Of a stretch of 64,000 nucleotides of DNA, positions 13,051 to 27,835 are shown piece after piece. The translations under genes and the position numbers were made by a program. The notes under the pieces are model-generated. The model had not been told where the DNA came from and ran no database searches. It was given only the letters and a program-made list of their open reading frames with translations. Within the stretch, counting starts at the first letter, position 1. Each line of letters begins with the position of its first letter. This DNA comes from the human T2T-CHM13v2.0 reference genome, Homo sapiens: the NCBI RefSeq assembly GCF_009914755.1, contig NC_060928.1. One strand, given 5' to 3'.

Positions 13051-13869
13051 ACAAGTAAGAACCACAGTTTGAAGGAAAACTGAGAGCCTTCCTCCAAATG
13101 CTGTATGGAAGCAGTTAGAGCTCTTATGTTTGCTAGATCCAAGGAGGGCTGAAATAAATAGCCTAGATTAACTGGAGAGTCAACAAGATGAGTTCACAGA
13201 CAATTTCTCCTCATGACCTTTTGCTGTACACTCGAAAAGTCTTGCCTATAAAGGGGCACATGTTTATATATCCAAGCAGAGCTTTTCACTAAGAAGTATA
13301 AATAGTCTGTGATAGTTGAAGGAAACATTCATAGTAAATAATTAATTAAGTCAACCTGAAAACCTGAGCTAGACTAAACAATGATGGAGAATGTTAAACG
13401 ATCAGTGAAAACAACTCATTATTCTACAAAAGTGTGTTTTCTTTATATTTTGATTTTAGTTTGGTGTCCTACTTAAATATATTGTTTGCGCTAATGTTAT
13501 ATGATTAGTGCTTAGATCTTTTAATATGCTATTCTTATTTTTTATAAAAAGTGCAGGTGAGTGTTGAAGCAGGCTTATTTATTTCCCATTCACCATGATT
13601 CTGATACTCCCACAGGTTCATATTCCAGAACAATAACTAGTGGCCCATCTAAGACAAGAGAGCTTACCCACGTTACATGCAGAATATCCAGCAAAAAAAA
13701 AAAATGTTTCCTCCCAAGAACTGAACTAGCAATACAAAACCGTAAATAAGTAAAAAATACTATCTAGTCAAAGGTGCCTCAGTAAGTGCAACATCATAGT
13801 TAATAGATTTACAGGAAATATTTTCACTAGGAGAATATTCCCATTTTGATGAGAGAATTTTCAGTGAAA

Positions 13870-14060
13870 TAATAAGGACTGGAGGCAAGCTGCAGAAGGC
13901 TAAAGAATGCATGGGAAATTAGGAATTATAGACACCAAATATGGATAACTTTTTAAGAAATTTGACTATCATAGCAAAAGCAAAATGAGATAGCAGCAGT
14001 AAGACATGGTATCAAAAAATTTTTTCGGTTTTTGTTTTAAGATGAATGTTCTTGTGCATG
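13870..14060 (-). mobile_element. L2 fragment
   Basis: atggataactttttaagaaatttgactat is typical of antisense L2. Confidence 0.5.
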
Positions 14061-14169
14061 CATTTAAAAGCTCATAAAAGTGACCAAAAAGAAAAAGAAA
14101 GATTCAACATACATTGGAAGGGAAAAAAGAGAGAAGGAAAGAAGGGAGAGAGAAAGTAAAGGAGGAAGG

Positions 14170-14350
14170 ATTTAATTAAGTGCTAAGCATTTACACCACG
14201 TGCTGGTAGTTATCTCATTTTTTCTTTGTGTGACAAACCCCAAGTGTCAGATAAGGAAACTAAGGTTGAGAAAGAAAAGCTACTGGAAGAAACTGAATTC
14301 GAAATCCAGTCTGTTTGGGTTCACCGTATACCATGCTCTTAAATTCTGTG
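14170..14350 (-). mobile_element. MIR
   Basis: cagataaggaaactaaggttgaga...ttcgaaatccagtctg. Confidence 0.7.
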
Positions 14351-14464
14351 CCTTAGCACATCACAGGTAATAATTACCCAGGAGTGGCACTCAGTTCTTG
14401 TGAGAGCAAAGGGAAATTAGAAAAGGGTACCCATACCATTTGTCATTTGTTCAAATAAATTATT

Positions 14465-14770
14465 TGTTTCTCTTTTTTTATGGAGACAGTCTAGCTCTGT
14501 TGCCCAGGCTGAGTGCAGTGGCGCGATCCCAGCTCACTGAAACCTGTGCAACCTCTGCCTCCCAGGTTCGAGCAATTCTCCTGCCTCAGCCTCCCAAGTA
14601 GCTGGGACTACAGGTGTGCGCCACCATGCTCAGCTAATTTTTTTATTTTTAGTGAAGATGGGGCTTCACCATGTTGGCCAGGCTGTTCTTGAACTCCTGA
14701 CCTCAAGTGATCTACCTGCCTTGGCCTCCCAAAGTGTTGGGATTACAGGTGTGAGCCACCGCACTAGGCC
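14465..14770 (-). mobile_element. AluS
   Basis: Antisense Alu dimer ending gtgagccaccgcactaggcc. Confidence 0.95.
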
Positions 14771-15959
14771 TAAATAAGGCATTTCTAAAAAGCTGAGTAT
14801 AGATAAGGGATGAGTTAGGTCAGGACTGACCATAGTTGCATACAAAAGTGTATAAAAACAAATAAGTGCACAGAGAAATACTCTGCAGGCCCTCCAAGCA
14901 TCACACATCGTCACAGTGAGAATGCACACAAACATTTACTTAACATAGCAGAGCCCCTTGGTATTTGTTACATTCCTTCAACAGAGGGGAAGTCAACACA
15001 GACAAAAACTATTAACGCATCCAGCAGACTCATTTACTTCTGCATTTCTGAACTGTTTCTCAGCCCCTGCTGAAGGTGCCCCTGAGACATCTCAACCAGC
15101 ACAATGAAAGGCAAAACTACACACAGCAGATTTGTTAAACCAGGCTAGCACATTCAGAAGGAAATATCACCCCCAAATAGCATTGCCATTAGCAAACAAT
15201 ATAATATTTATTAAGCACTCCACTGCTTGGAATACCCTCTCGTAACCAGTAAAGATTAGGAGTTAAAGGCCATAGGAAACATGAATTTTCCTTTCACGAA
15301 TACAGACAGGGAGTTCTTTGCAGTTTGCATAAGATGAAGTAGTGCATGCTCTCTCAGAGAGGGATCATTTTCCACATCACCTCAACACCGTGTCATTCAA
15401 GCCTCAGGGCCCTTGAGAGGTGTCATTCCAGCTTTCCCACCCTTCAGTTCTTCCTCTAAGTCTAAACACAATCCCTCTTTCAGGAAGTGAAGACAATTGG
15501 AAGTGAGTGAAGTTGAGGTTCTTAAAAAATGTGTATATGGAAGGTTCCATTGCCAACACTTCCAGAGACAGCACCTAGTCCTGCCTGGCATGTGGGAGGT
15601 ACCTATTACATGCTTGTTAAGGTTACGAATGAATGACTGGAAGGAGAAATGGATGGGCAGTGTACAACTGAGAATGGAGTGGAGATGAATGCAAAGGAAA
15701 AATAACTAAAATAAAAATTAGTAGAGCTGGGTTCTAAACAAGTCAACTCAGTAAAATAAAGGAATTTGAACTTGTTATTTTCTTGTGGCTATCTAACTAT
15801 AAAGGTAGGCCAGATGTGTGTAAAACACTCCACTTCCAGGACCCCTCATCAATGACCACTGAAAGTTGGTACAAAATTACTAGAAATTTCTCACCCCTTG
15901 TGTGAGATAACTCTGAGGTGTTCCATCCACTTTTATGCTTTTAACCAGAATCCACCTAG

Positions 15960-16700
15960 ATGCCCCAATTCTTTCTTGAGCTTCAAATTCACATGGCCAC
16001 CATGTTGTAGGCATCTCCACTTGAATGGCTTCCAGGCACTTTAAATTTAGCCTTCAAAACTAAATTAATATTTTTCTCTTTCTTAATATTTTCAGTCCTA
16101 ATCATTGGATGTACCATTCCCTCAACCACCCAAGTCAGAAAATCGGGTTTCATTTTTGGCCTTCCCCTTTGCCTCAGCTCTGAGCTCAGCCATTCCATTT
16201 TTAAAAGCTTCTGACCCTCTAATGCTACTCTAAACTAGTGCCTTCTTCATTTTTACAACCAGTGACTTCAGCTCATTTTATCTGTGTTACTCCAGCGCTC
16301 CTAACTTCTTTTCCTGCTTACAGTGTTGCCCGCTCCTACCACCCTCCTACCCATCCTTTGCCTAATATTTCCAACTGCTTCAGTGGTTCCTCCTTCCCTA
16401 CAGCAAAGCATCCACCCTCTTTACCCATTATTCTGTCCCTCCATAAGCCAGCATTCAAGACTCGTCACTATCCACTTGACTTTACAATGTATGCTTCAGT
16501 AAATTCTGAATGATTTATAGCTTGTGTCACTCCTCCTTTATGCTTGCATAGCATTTTAAGCATCATACTGAAATTATCTGTTTCCTCAACCTGATTTTTC
16601 AAGGGTAGTGACCATAATGTGCTTATTCTAACATGTGCAACATCTATCATAATGCACTCAGCATATTATAGGGAGCCAATAAATACTTCTTGAATGGAAA
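15960..16700 (+). mobile_element. L2 3' region
   Basis: ggcatctccacttgaatggcttccaggcacttt; terminal caataaatacttcttgaatg. Confidence 0.7.
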
Positions 16701-17119
16701 TAAACTTTATCTAGCCATGTCATGAAAGTACATTTCTGTCCTGCTAATAGTCTTTGGGTTTATCCTGCCAGACATGTAAAATCAGTGGCATGATCCAAGC
16801 TGTACTCCAAGATTTCATTTTGGTGGCACTGTAGAAGATGGTGGATTGAAGGGAAAAACACCATCTTAAAAATCCCATTTTATTCTGCTTTTTCTTTCAT
16901 GATTCTGATCATAATGTGTGATTGTGTATATACTTGTCTTAATTATTTCTTATCTCCCAAATGGCCAGTAACTTTTATGGACTGGTCATTTGGGAGATAG
17001 CAAGGTAAAGAATAACAATTCCTGCTGTAATCTCTAGGGCAGATCTTTGCAATAAAGAAAAGAGAGTCTAAAATAACAGGTTTTATTTTGGATGACAGTA
17101 GATGGTCAAGGCATTCATG

Positions 17120-17338
17120 ACTGCCTGCAATATGATTTAAAATGCATCAAAAAATAATGTGGGTTGATTAAAGGCTATAAGAGGAGATAGATTGATAGAC
17201 ATGATATAGCAAGTAGAGTAAAATGCTCGTGATAAATTCTACGTGGTAGGTATATTGGTGTTGTGCTCACTCTAAAATTCATTCAACTTTTCTGCATGTC
17301 TACGAATTTTCATAATAAATGTTGAGGAGAAAAAAAAA
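17120..17338 (+). mobile_element. L1MC-type 3' end
   Basis: aaatgcatcaaaaaataa...ttcaacttttctgcatgt...ttttcataataaatgttg then A-tail. Confidence 0.75.
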
Positions 17339-19489
17339 CATTCATGACAAGTATTGGCGCTCTCAAATGGAAATGAATGATAAGGAGAAACAAGATCAGA
17401 GAATGATTTATTTTCTCTTTTAGTGCTAGCAACAATGCCCACTCTTGCCTCACGCCACAAACCCAGCTGCCACCTCACTCAAGATGGCCAACGGACCAAT
17501 GGACTGCGTTTATTTATCTACATGCCATTGGTGGCTCCACCTTACTCTGTCTCAGATCCAAATGCTTAACGAACCCAATCAGTCTGTTTCTAATGACATC
17601 AGTAACGTAGAGGTTATTGTTTGAGCAAAGCAAGACAGAGTTTATCCCTGTTGAACCCTCTTGTTATTTTGAAACAGGAAGTTGAACTTTCCTGCCTGCA
17701 AATGAAACTAGAAACTTCTTCCCTCCAAACCTCCAAAAGGACTGGATGGAATAAAGGCTTTTTGATTAGAATAGCTTTTCTTTCAAGTGTGCAAAATATA
17801 AAATACATTTCTTCTTTCTTAGCTGTGTGGCAAGCATCCCAACTTTCTCTAAAATGCTGAAAAGTTACCTGGGAAAACTTCAGGATTGCTCATTAAGAGA
17901 AAAATCACATTAGTTGTAAAAGGAGGCTGTTCTGTTTTGTTTTCCAATCTTCTTGATATTTTGGATTTTAAGAGTCTTCTTCCAAAAATACTACTTAATT
18001 CAATGTACCTATTCTCCAGGTTCTCAAACATGGGGACTTCTTGTAACTTCGCAAAGAGAAGGCAGTTGTTTGCCTGGTCCAAGGTGTACACTGACTCTTT
18101 CATGCAAATACATCTTTCTACCCCTGTGGCCAAGTACCTTGCTGTTATTGCCACATGTTTATTCAAGTGGTGAGGAAATATTAAATATCACACATTCTCA
18201 GCAGAGACTGGACAGTAATTATCAACAGATGGCAGCAGTAGGGGACTGAGAGAGCAAAAGAGTCCTCCCTGCAGGAGGGCTTGTGTGGATCCTCAGTGAC
18301 TCCTTGGTCACTGACCTGAGTAGATAAGATGAGGTTAATTACCAATTGTCCTCCCCACTTTTCACATTATCTTAACCTTTCCTAGGCATCTATCTTAAAT
18401 GACTAATTCCAGGCTCCCTCAGATGCACCAAATGATTTAACTGTGTGCTGGGATCCCTTTGCCATCTCTTAGAGACAGGAAGTGCCATCAGGTGGATTTT
18501 GAGTATTTCAGGGAATGTGTAGACCACTGCTTATAAATGGATATAATTCAATTCGGCTAGTAAATTTAGAAGGCTTGCGCTGTTCTGCACAATGGACAAG
18601 CAACATAGGACTATGGAGATAAAAATATATAAAACTGGTACTTGAAGAATTAATATCCAGTGAGGGAGACAATTACTTAAAATACAATCTACTAATTGCA
18701 GCCATGGAAATATACACTAAGTATATATCATTTTAAAAATTGTCATAATTAACTCCATCTGGGATAGAAAGCATGGAGGTAAAGGAAACTGTGTCAAGAA
18801 AGGCTTTAAGAACAGGTGATGTCTACTCTGGGCTCATAAATAAGAAAACGTTTTTTCTACATATGCAACAGGTGATCAACATTCAGCACTGGAGAAAGAC
18901 AAGATTTCTGCCTTAATAGAGCTTCTAGTCTACTAGGAACAGAAATAATAGGAAGGGAAACTTTCCTAGTGAACTAGGAGGTAAAAGTCATTTCTAGATG
19001 GTAGAAAGAATAGCTGGTGAAAAAGCACAAAGTCATGGAAGAGTTGGGCATAGTAGAGAACTGGTTATTGGGTAAATCCAGCAATTCTTCCTTTTGTCCA
19101 TATATTTATTAAACCAGTATTCACGTCAGGTCACCATCTCCGATAATGCAAAGTTAAACAAACCTGGCAGAGTCTCAACCTTCACGGAGTTTATTGGCCA
19201 TTAAAAATGATAGACATTGAGGACCGTATTTAGTATATAAGGTCTTCTTTAGTTGCTTATAGAAAGTAAGGTCTTATCTAGAAGTTGGTTAATTTGATGC
19301 ATGAAAATAACATCTTTTAAATTTTTTTTTTCTCTTTTAGGTGACTGAGACCTAACAGAGAAGTGAATGAGGAAGACTGGCATAGATGAAGGATTCTACA
19401 GACATTCCACCATGGCTTAAAAATCACATCTAGGGAACAGTGAAAAGAGACATTTGCCACATGGTCCTCACACCAATGAAATACTCTGT

Positions 19490-20720
19490 ATGAAATATTT
19501 AAACAAATGTTAAAATACAGAAAATAATTATACCTTTGTACCCATCACCCAGATTGAACATATTTCATGGGCTATTGTAAAAAAAGTAAAGCATTACAGA
19601 CAGGATTGAACCCCCCTTTATACTCCTCCCTCACCCTAATAATTTGCTTGCAATCTTTAACTGTGTTTCAATTTTAGTGCCTAACATTAAACTTTATAAT
19701 TTTCTAAAAAATCTAAAATTACTACTTTTAGCCCCCTCCACACAAGTCAAGAAAGTTATCAAGTTTCAACTACCCATTTAAAGCCCAGTGTCTTCTTTTT
19801 TGTTGTTACCTTGACATTTAGTTTTGTATTTTTCTTTTTTTGATGTTTTTCATCTTTAATAAGACCAAGATATTCTGTTCATTTCTGTGCTCACTATTTT
19901 TACTTACAACTATCTCTTTGTACTGTGTTTACTTTTCTTCTTTTTTGAGTACATTCCTCATTAGCTATTTTAGTGAGAGCTGTGGAAGGTAAATTCCCTT
20001 AATATTTGCTTGTCTAAAATTTTCTTTAGTTCACCCTCTCTCAAATGATAATTTACCTGGCTATAAAATTATAAATTGGCAGTTATTTTCTTGTATTATT
20101 TTGAAGACATTGTCCTACTGCCTTCTAGCATCTATTCTGATAAGGAGAAATTATTGTACTTCTGTAATAACTTTGTTGTTAATCTATCTCTTCTCTCTTT
20201 TAGCTTTAAGGGTTTTTATTTTAATTTTTAGATTTAATATTCTACCATTTTACTATGAGGGTTTGCTATGATGGTTAGCTTTCTTTTTATTTACCTGACT
20301 CAGTTCTCCTATCTTCAACTCTGTGAAATTTACAGCCATTGTACTTTCAAAAACCTCTTTTCTACCATTTTCATAATTTTTACTTTTATAGCTCTTTCTA
20401 TATTTATGTAAATTAGTATTATCTTCCAATTTATTAAATGTTTCTGCCTTATTCAGTTCAGAGTGTATTCCATCAATTACTTGTTTTTCTTTCTATGATT
20501 AAATCTTTAATTTCCAATTTAACTTTTCAATTTTTAAAATATACACATGCTCCTGTTTAACTAGTCACCTGTTTTGGTTCATGATATATTTCTTTATAGA
20601 TTCTTGATTATCCCCTATTAATTTTTTAATTTTTTTCAGACAGTTTTATTATTTTTATTTCATTTGCCATGACACACTGAACCATGAATTTTATTGACTG
20701 CCTTTAATTTTTTTTCTGTG
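19490..20720 (-). mobile_element. Ancient L1M/HAL1-type fragments (ORF1 region and 3' UTR)
   Basis: T-rich; tttgcttgtctaaaa...gataatttacctggctataaaatt...ttgaagacattgtcctactgccttctagc is antisense ORF1-like. Confidence 0.6.
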
Positions 20721-21369
20721 TTTTGTAACTTTTGTTTATAGGTATATTTTGGATGGGAGGTGTTGTTGTTTCTCTCTGTGGGAGGGAAGGCATCTGCTGC
20801 ATTTTCATTTTTCCCTCCATGTCCAGGTTTGTCTGCTTTCATTTGCGATCCTGGGAGCCTCCGCCCAGAACTATTCTTATATGGGAGCTAGGAGCCCGTG
20901 CCTCCAGAAACACTCACAGATGTAGTCACTGAGACAGGAGATGTGCTTGGCCCATAATTAAAAGGTGTATAACTTCATACAAACTAAAAGGCAGCAGTTC
21001 CATCAGCAAGAAGAACCACATCCCAGCACTGTTGAGGAGCAGTGATCCTGGACCATTCAGGTGATTTAGTCCCAGTTACCCACCAGAGTCTGACTCCAAG
21101 CTCTCCTGCCTTTTTGGGAATTCAGAGACCATCAGGGCTCCCTGACCCTCTCAGCTTCATATTTCTTTTCATTTTCTGAACCACAGAAATGTTTATTCTA
21201 TTTTTGAATCACTGTGGGTTTCTTCCCATTTATTATATTTTATCTACCATTTCTACATCTGGGAAGCAGAAAAGTCAAGTGGTCTCAAAGCAAAAACTTA
21301 GCATCTCTAACAGGTCACCCATCCTTCAAAAATCAGATGGTGGCCTAGTCTCTCCTCTCTGTCTTAGGC

Positions 21370-21620
21370 CATGATTACTCCTCTGCCTGGAATGTTGCTC
21401 CCAGCTTCTGCGCTCCAGTTCTTTAAAACTTAGCATATCACTCTTCTTTTTCAAGATTTTTTTTTTCACAACAACCTCGACTATCTCTGCCAGTCCCATT
21501 GTTTGCTCTTTTCCCTCAACAGATTGTGAACTTTGTGAGAGCAGAGATTGGGTTGATTTCATCCCATGCCCTCTCTTAAGTCTCAATCAACATGTAGTGA
21601 ATGAAAAATTAATGAAGGCT
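21370..21620 (+). mobile_element. L2 3' end
   Basis: cctctgcctggaatgttgctccc...agattgtgaactttgtgagagcagaga. Confidence 0.65.
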
Positions 21621-23589
21621 TATTTGCTTGAATTTTAAAAAGCCCAAAAACACAGGGCCTTATTTCCACTTTTCCGAAATCTACTAGCAAAGCTAAAAAT
21701 AAAAAGTGAAACTCAAAGAACTTTTCTCTTAAAGACATCTCAAGCTTCTAAACCTCTACTCAGATGTCCCCAAAATATGTAGAGATTTTGCAATGTCTTC
21801 CAGTACCATGAAATCCAAAGCAGTTTGTTTTCCTTGCCATTTCAAAAGATAAATAGGATTTGTGGAGAAATTACGCTAACTTTCTCTGGAAAATTAAATG
21901 ATTTTTTAAAAACCCACAGGCAAACTTCTGAAAAGCCAAAATCAACTAGTTTCATTTTACATGCAGAACTTTCTACACCTCACTATAAGATAATGTGGAT
22001 GATTAAATCTCATTAAAATGTAAGAAAATCAAGGTACCACATTTCACCAAGGAATATTAAATATATGCATGTGTGTCTACAAACACACACACATGAATGA
22101 GAACTGCATCTTCATGCAACTGAATGAATAAGGGAATGAATGAGAGAATTCAAGCAATAATTACTTTTTAGGTAACCAGCACTTATTCTCCGAGTGTAGA
22201 AACAACTTACAGTTCTCCCCAAGCACATTTTGCTCCCAAGACCCCATAAATTTGCAATACAATTTTTCATTTTAGAATGGTCTCCCCTGTCTTGATTAAC
22301 TGGATAAGGCTCAGCTTAAATTCTGCCTTCTCTGGGAAGCCTCTGACTTCACATTGCCCTTTTCATACTTCCCTCGGAGCAAGCATTGAAATCATTTTTT
22401 CATATGTCCACCCTTCATCAGGCTATGGGCCATCTGAGGACCACATGTATTCAAGCACCAAGTATATTCATCTCTCAATCAATCACACCATAGCCCTGTG
22501 CTTGATAAGTGATAGGTAAGAAATAAATTTTGGGTAAATCAATGAATAAAACCCATGAGCAGAACTATTCTGCAATTTATTTTCCATTGAAGAATGAAGC
22601 AATAAACATGTCCTACTTTATTGAAAGAGTCCTCTACTAAACACAATCTAAAAGGACTTCTGCAAGAGCATTGCCAACATTCTGTGTGAATAACATGGAC
22701 CTCCAAAAATTAAAATAGGCAACCTCCCCCCATTAAAAATCACCCATTTTACACCAGCAAATAAACACTCAAATGACATGTTTTTCTACTAAAAACTCAT
22801 GGGTCTTAAATTTCTTTTTAATCACAGGCTTTAGTATTATTACACGTGTTCCATTAACAGGCATATCCAATGAATTCCCTTTCATAAACACTAGTAAGTT
22901 CAGTGCAAACCAGCCAGGTGATTAATTTATAATTCTTGACACATTAGGGAGGTGGGCTGGAGGTAAGAAACAGCAAGTAAGTCCTAGGATGGACTGCTTT
23001 TCACGCCAACACCACGGACACACACGGAGAAAGGCACACGCAAACACCTGAGCACATGGGCACACACACATAAACACACCACCCATGAACACCCACTGTG
23101 CTGACTTGGCATTGGATCCAAATTTGACAAACCAATGCCTGAAGGCACATAGCCGAGCCTAAACTGTTGCAGGTTCCTTTTCCCATAAAAATAATAATAA
23201 CGAATGAAAATATTTGGAACATGGCCAGAGCCTAATGCAACACAATTTCTAAATTCAGTATCCTCCTTCCCCCACACACATACTCCCCATTTGCGCCACC
23301 ACCTCCTTCTTGCCTTTCTATGCAGGCTGCTTATCCTACCTCGAATAAAAAGTCATTTAATAGCCGCTTCAATCTCAGTGTCTAATGCGTTAGGTTTCCT
23401 CCCTAAACTTCACAGATAGAGGTCCACTCTGCAGAAGGCAAAAGAACTTCAGACTGGAATCAAGCAGCCATTAACATGCTGTGTGATGTTAGAAGCGTTA
23501 ACTCCCCTGTCTGTGCTACATGAGTAAATTTCCACATGAGTGAACAAGAGGGTTGGCTGTGATGATTCCTTTCCCTTCTAATTTTTTAG

Positions 23590-23870
23590 ATAATGGTTTA
23601 GAGCATGGGCTCTGGAGCCAGGCTGTTCAAATCCCAACCGTTTACTTACTAGAGTGTGATCTTAGGTTTGTCAGTGCACCTTTATGTGCTTTAGTGTATT
23701 GGTTTATTTCTTTGTTAAATAACAACAACAATAATGAGGAAGACTTTGAGGATGATGATAGACACTGCCTCGTAGGGTTGTAGTGAAGACTAAATGATAT
23801 GTTATATACAAAGTGCTTCGAAGAGGGCCTGCTCCATGTAAGCCTCACGTAAAGCTTACTTGCTGTTACA
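23590..23870 (+). mobile_element. MIR
   Basis: tggtttagagcatgggctctggagccaggctgttcaaatccc...acttactag. Confidence 0.85.
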
Positions 23871-24749
23871 TTATAAAAATTAAGAAATGATTTGTGGAGG
23901 TCATACTATTAACTCTTTCTGTCTTATTTCTGTATTTAAAAATAAAAGAGTGATTTCAAAAAAAAACAACTTTAACACATACTTCTGGTCACATGAGGGG
24001 ACAGTTGTTCTGCCTAATTGCTAAAACCCATGACTCTTGGACCTTGCAAATCAATTAGGCCTTGTTGAGCATTGCTGGTGCTGCTTGGGAAGGCTGAGGA
24101 CAAGAGAGGGAGGAAAGCCCAAAGTTAGGAATAAAGTGCGCTGGCAAACCGAGGGGAACTCACACGGAGCCTTCGCCACACAGTCTTTGGCAGCAGGCAA
24201 GCCTCTTCATCTCTCAATTTCATGGTCACCAAAAATCACACATAAAAAGCCCAGTGACTAAACGAATATGGAAACTGAATGGCTCAAAAAACCCCGAGAT
24301 GTGGTCAGTCTGGGTCACCTTCAAGTCATGCTGTGGCATCTCAGGGTGATGGAAGGTCAGTCCCTGCGACCTTCACTGGGGAATATAAAGGAAAGAAAAT
24401 AATATTTCAATCTCCTGAGCTATTGATGCAGAAAACTTCACAAGAGCTAAATCCAGGTCAGAAAAACAAACATCGTTCAAATTATTCAATCTTCCAATAT
24501 CCTGGTTCATAAGCAGATTTCCTCCTAAATGAGTCATTGGAAACTGCTCTTTCAAAAGCAGGTATTTCTTTGCCTTTTATAAAAGTTTGAATACACTGCT
24601 TAGCAAGAATAACAAGGAAAAAATAATGTAAACTGAGGCAGGAGGATGGGAGAACAGAATTATTATCTCTGATCTGTGCATTCAACTGAAACCCAGACAG
24701 CATGCTCTATCTCTATTAATTTCCCACCCTAACAAAGCTCTGTACTAGA

Positions 24750-25240
24750 AGCCTGAAAGTCTAGGATCTTAGCCTCAGAATATTTGCTGAAGAGCTGTGT
24801 GACCCTGAGAAATCAGTTGACCTCTCTGTGCCTGTGTCATCGTGTATTCAGTGAAAACATCAGCTCCACTTCAGCTCATGTGTTCTATGGTTTGAGGCAT
24901 CTACCAGACCTGGCTGTTCGGCTTCTCAATCACATAACCTTGACCAAGTCATTTCCCTAAGCTGGTTTTCAGTTTCATTGTCTGCAAAATAGGGATAATT
25001 ATTATTATCTATTTCACAGGGTTAATATGAGGCTAAAATAAAATAATGTGTATGGACAGGCTCCACAAACAACAACACATATACAAATATAATGGATTCT
25101 CATCATGATAACTAATATTTAATGAAGGCTTACTATGAGCCTGGCACTGTTCTAAATTTACCTAAACAAACAGTGCTTTGTCCTACGAGCGAAGTGTAAT
25201 CATTGCTTCCACTTCATAGATAAGAAATGGAGCTGACTTG
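24750..25240. mobile_element. Cluster of MIR fragments (two sense, one antisense)
   Basis: gctgtgtgaccctgagaaatcagttgacctctctgtgcc; ccttgaccaagtcattt...cagtttc; atagataagaaatggagct. Confidence 0.7.
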
Positions 25241-25244
25241 GCAC

Positions 25245-25675
25245 AAGTCCTCCAGAAAGCAGAACCTGAAACAAGGGCTTCCTTGGAGGCAGTTTATTTG
25301 GATAAGTGATCACAAGAAATGTGCCTGGCTAGTGGGGCTGTAAGGAGAGCAACAGAGATAAAAGCACCTGGGTAGACTCTGCTAGGTCCCCTCTGAGCAG
25401 CTGTGCAGAAAGCACCTCAGAGTTGTGATCCAAGGGACAGAAGAGGGGGCTGTTATCCACCAACTTTCACCCTCCATCGGTGGAGAGTTTCCCTGTGAGA
25501 TGCTAGAAATTAATCCCCTTGCACATCCAGGTTTGCACGTGCCCTCATCAGAATGTCTGAGTGGTGCCCTCCAGGTACCTCAGGCAGCAGGCAGAGAAGC
25601 TGCAGCTTAATTAAGGGGGAACAGAAAGGGGACTTGAGATAATGCCAGGCAGGCACAGGAGGTGTCTGTTACATC
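25245..25675 (-). mobile_element. ERVL LTR, LTR16/LTR33-like
   Basis: ccagaaagcagaacctgaaacaagg...cagtttatttgg is the reverse complement of the LTR poly(A)-signal end. Confidence 0.55.
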
Positions 25676-25696
25676 ACCCTTTAAAAAACTCTGATT

Positions 25697-26006
<310 letters not shown>

Positions 26007-26009
26007 TCA

Positions 26010-26225
26010 TCACCCATACAACTGTACACAGTGAACCCTAACTTTAATTATGGGCTTTAATTAATAATAATATATCAGTATTGATTCATCAGTTGTAACA
26101 CATGTACTACACTAATGCAAGATGTTAATAATAGGAAAAACTGTTTAGAGATATATGGAAACTCTCATACTCTACTCAGTTTATCAATAAAACTAAAACT
26201 GCCCTCAGAAAAGTCAATTTTTTCT
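26010..26225 (+). mobile_element. L1MC1/2-type 3' end
   Basis: gtgaaccctaa...catgtactacactaatgcaagatgttaataatagg. Confidence 0.75.
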
Positions 26226-26289
26226 AAACTACAGCTCCCCACATCTTTGGCACATCTAACAGATTTTACCCAGTTTGTTTTTGTTTTTA

Positions 26290-26515
26290 CTGTGGCATTC
26301 ATAGCTATCTGATGTAGCATGATTATATTTGTATTTATGTTTGTCAGTCCCCACCCCATTCCTGACACAGCCACAACGTTAGAATGCAAGACTCATCAGG
26401 AGGAAGACTTGTGTATCTTTTGTTCACTGATACATTCCGTAGCAACGCCTAGTACACAGCAGACACTCAATAAGTGCTTTTTTGATGATCGTGAGTGAAT
26501 GAATGGATGAATGAA
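26290..26515 (+). mobile_element. L2 3' end
   Basis: tagaatgcaagactcatcagg...ttgttcactg...actcaataagtg...gaatgaatggatgaatga. Confidence 0.8.
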
Positions 26516-27649
26516 GAATTCGAGTAGCCTAAGAAATTTTGGCAGACTAACTGGAGAATAGAGAACCCAACAGAGATTGAAAATAACCCTCAAACAAAAG
26601 AAAGGAATGGAAAAGGTTAAAATTGGTGACTTCTCCTCAAAAGCTAATTAACGTCTCCTTCTTGCTCTCCCCACCCATAAAATCAGCAAGAAGTTAGCCT
26701 GGAACTACCAGTTGCCTAAGGCCAACTGAACAGCCTAAGCCAATGGCAAGGGGTACAAATTCCCAGAAGATGGCAACTTGAGTGAATTTTATCCACATCC
26801 CCAAGAGATGATCTGGCAGGAGCCCTTAGATGGTGACTCCAAGAAGAGTTTTACCAACTTTCTCTGAGATTCCCTGCAATGAGTATGCACAGGTCATGAG
26901 ACCATTCTGATGGTAATGCTAATGATGAGAGTGAGCATAAGAGTAATGGATTCATGCCAAGGGCTTGCTATGCACAGGAGTGCTCTGAATGCTTTATGTG
27001 GATTTACTCATTAATTATCGAAGCCTCAGCAGAAGGTAGAACGGCATCCCCACTGCAGTCGAGACCGTGTCATGAGTTCAAAGCACAGCTGCATCTTTTT
27101 TTCCGAACACACAAGACTTTTTTCACGACCAGCCTCCCTTCATTCAAAATAAGACCCTATGCCTGGATAATGGCTAATGGGACATAGCTTAATCCACTAT
27201 TAATGTGTGCTCTGGACAGATCAAAGTCCCTTCATTCAGCAGCATTCTCTGATAACATGCAAACCACAAAGCCAACATCAGGAAACATCTCATGCTTCCA
27301 AGAGTCTTGGACAGGCAGAGAAAACAGGTTTGACAGAACAAGATTGCCCAGGAATTGTGTCTATATTCAAGCTACATACTTAATTTTAATACAGAAAGTA
27401 TATGGCATTTTCTGTTCATTAAATTCCTCAATATAACTTTATGGTAAGAATGCATGTCTTGTATTTCATATATTCTCAGGAGTGCTAGGAAAGGGTATTA
27501 AGCCACCCAGCAACACTGTATGAAACTAATTAACTAGCAGAATTTACAAATGCTTACAAGGATTATGGTACTACATGTGGAGGAAAAGAAGGTGACAGAA
27601 ACAGACAGCTGAAGATGTCTATGCAAATAAGGAAGTAAGCATTCATTCG

Positions 27650-27835
27650 TATAATTCTGTGGCAAGTTCTTGGGAGGGATGTCCCTATACTTTACTTCAC
27701 CTCATCATCCCTATGTTATAGACGAGGAAACTGAGGGTCAGGGAGACAAGTAACTTTCTAAGACTCCCCATCCCATGTGAGGTAGCGAAGAAAATCAAGA
27801 TCAACATTGACTGACTGAGAGTCCAAGCTTTTTCT
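27650..27835 (-). mobile_element. MIR
   Basis: tatagacgaggaaactgagggtcagggagacaagtaact. Confidence 0.75.

Noticed and set aside
17614-18249. Overlapping 64-105 aa ORFs in non-repeat DNA
   Set aside because: No recognisable domain or exon structure; lengths are within chance expectation.
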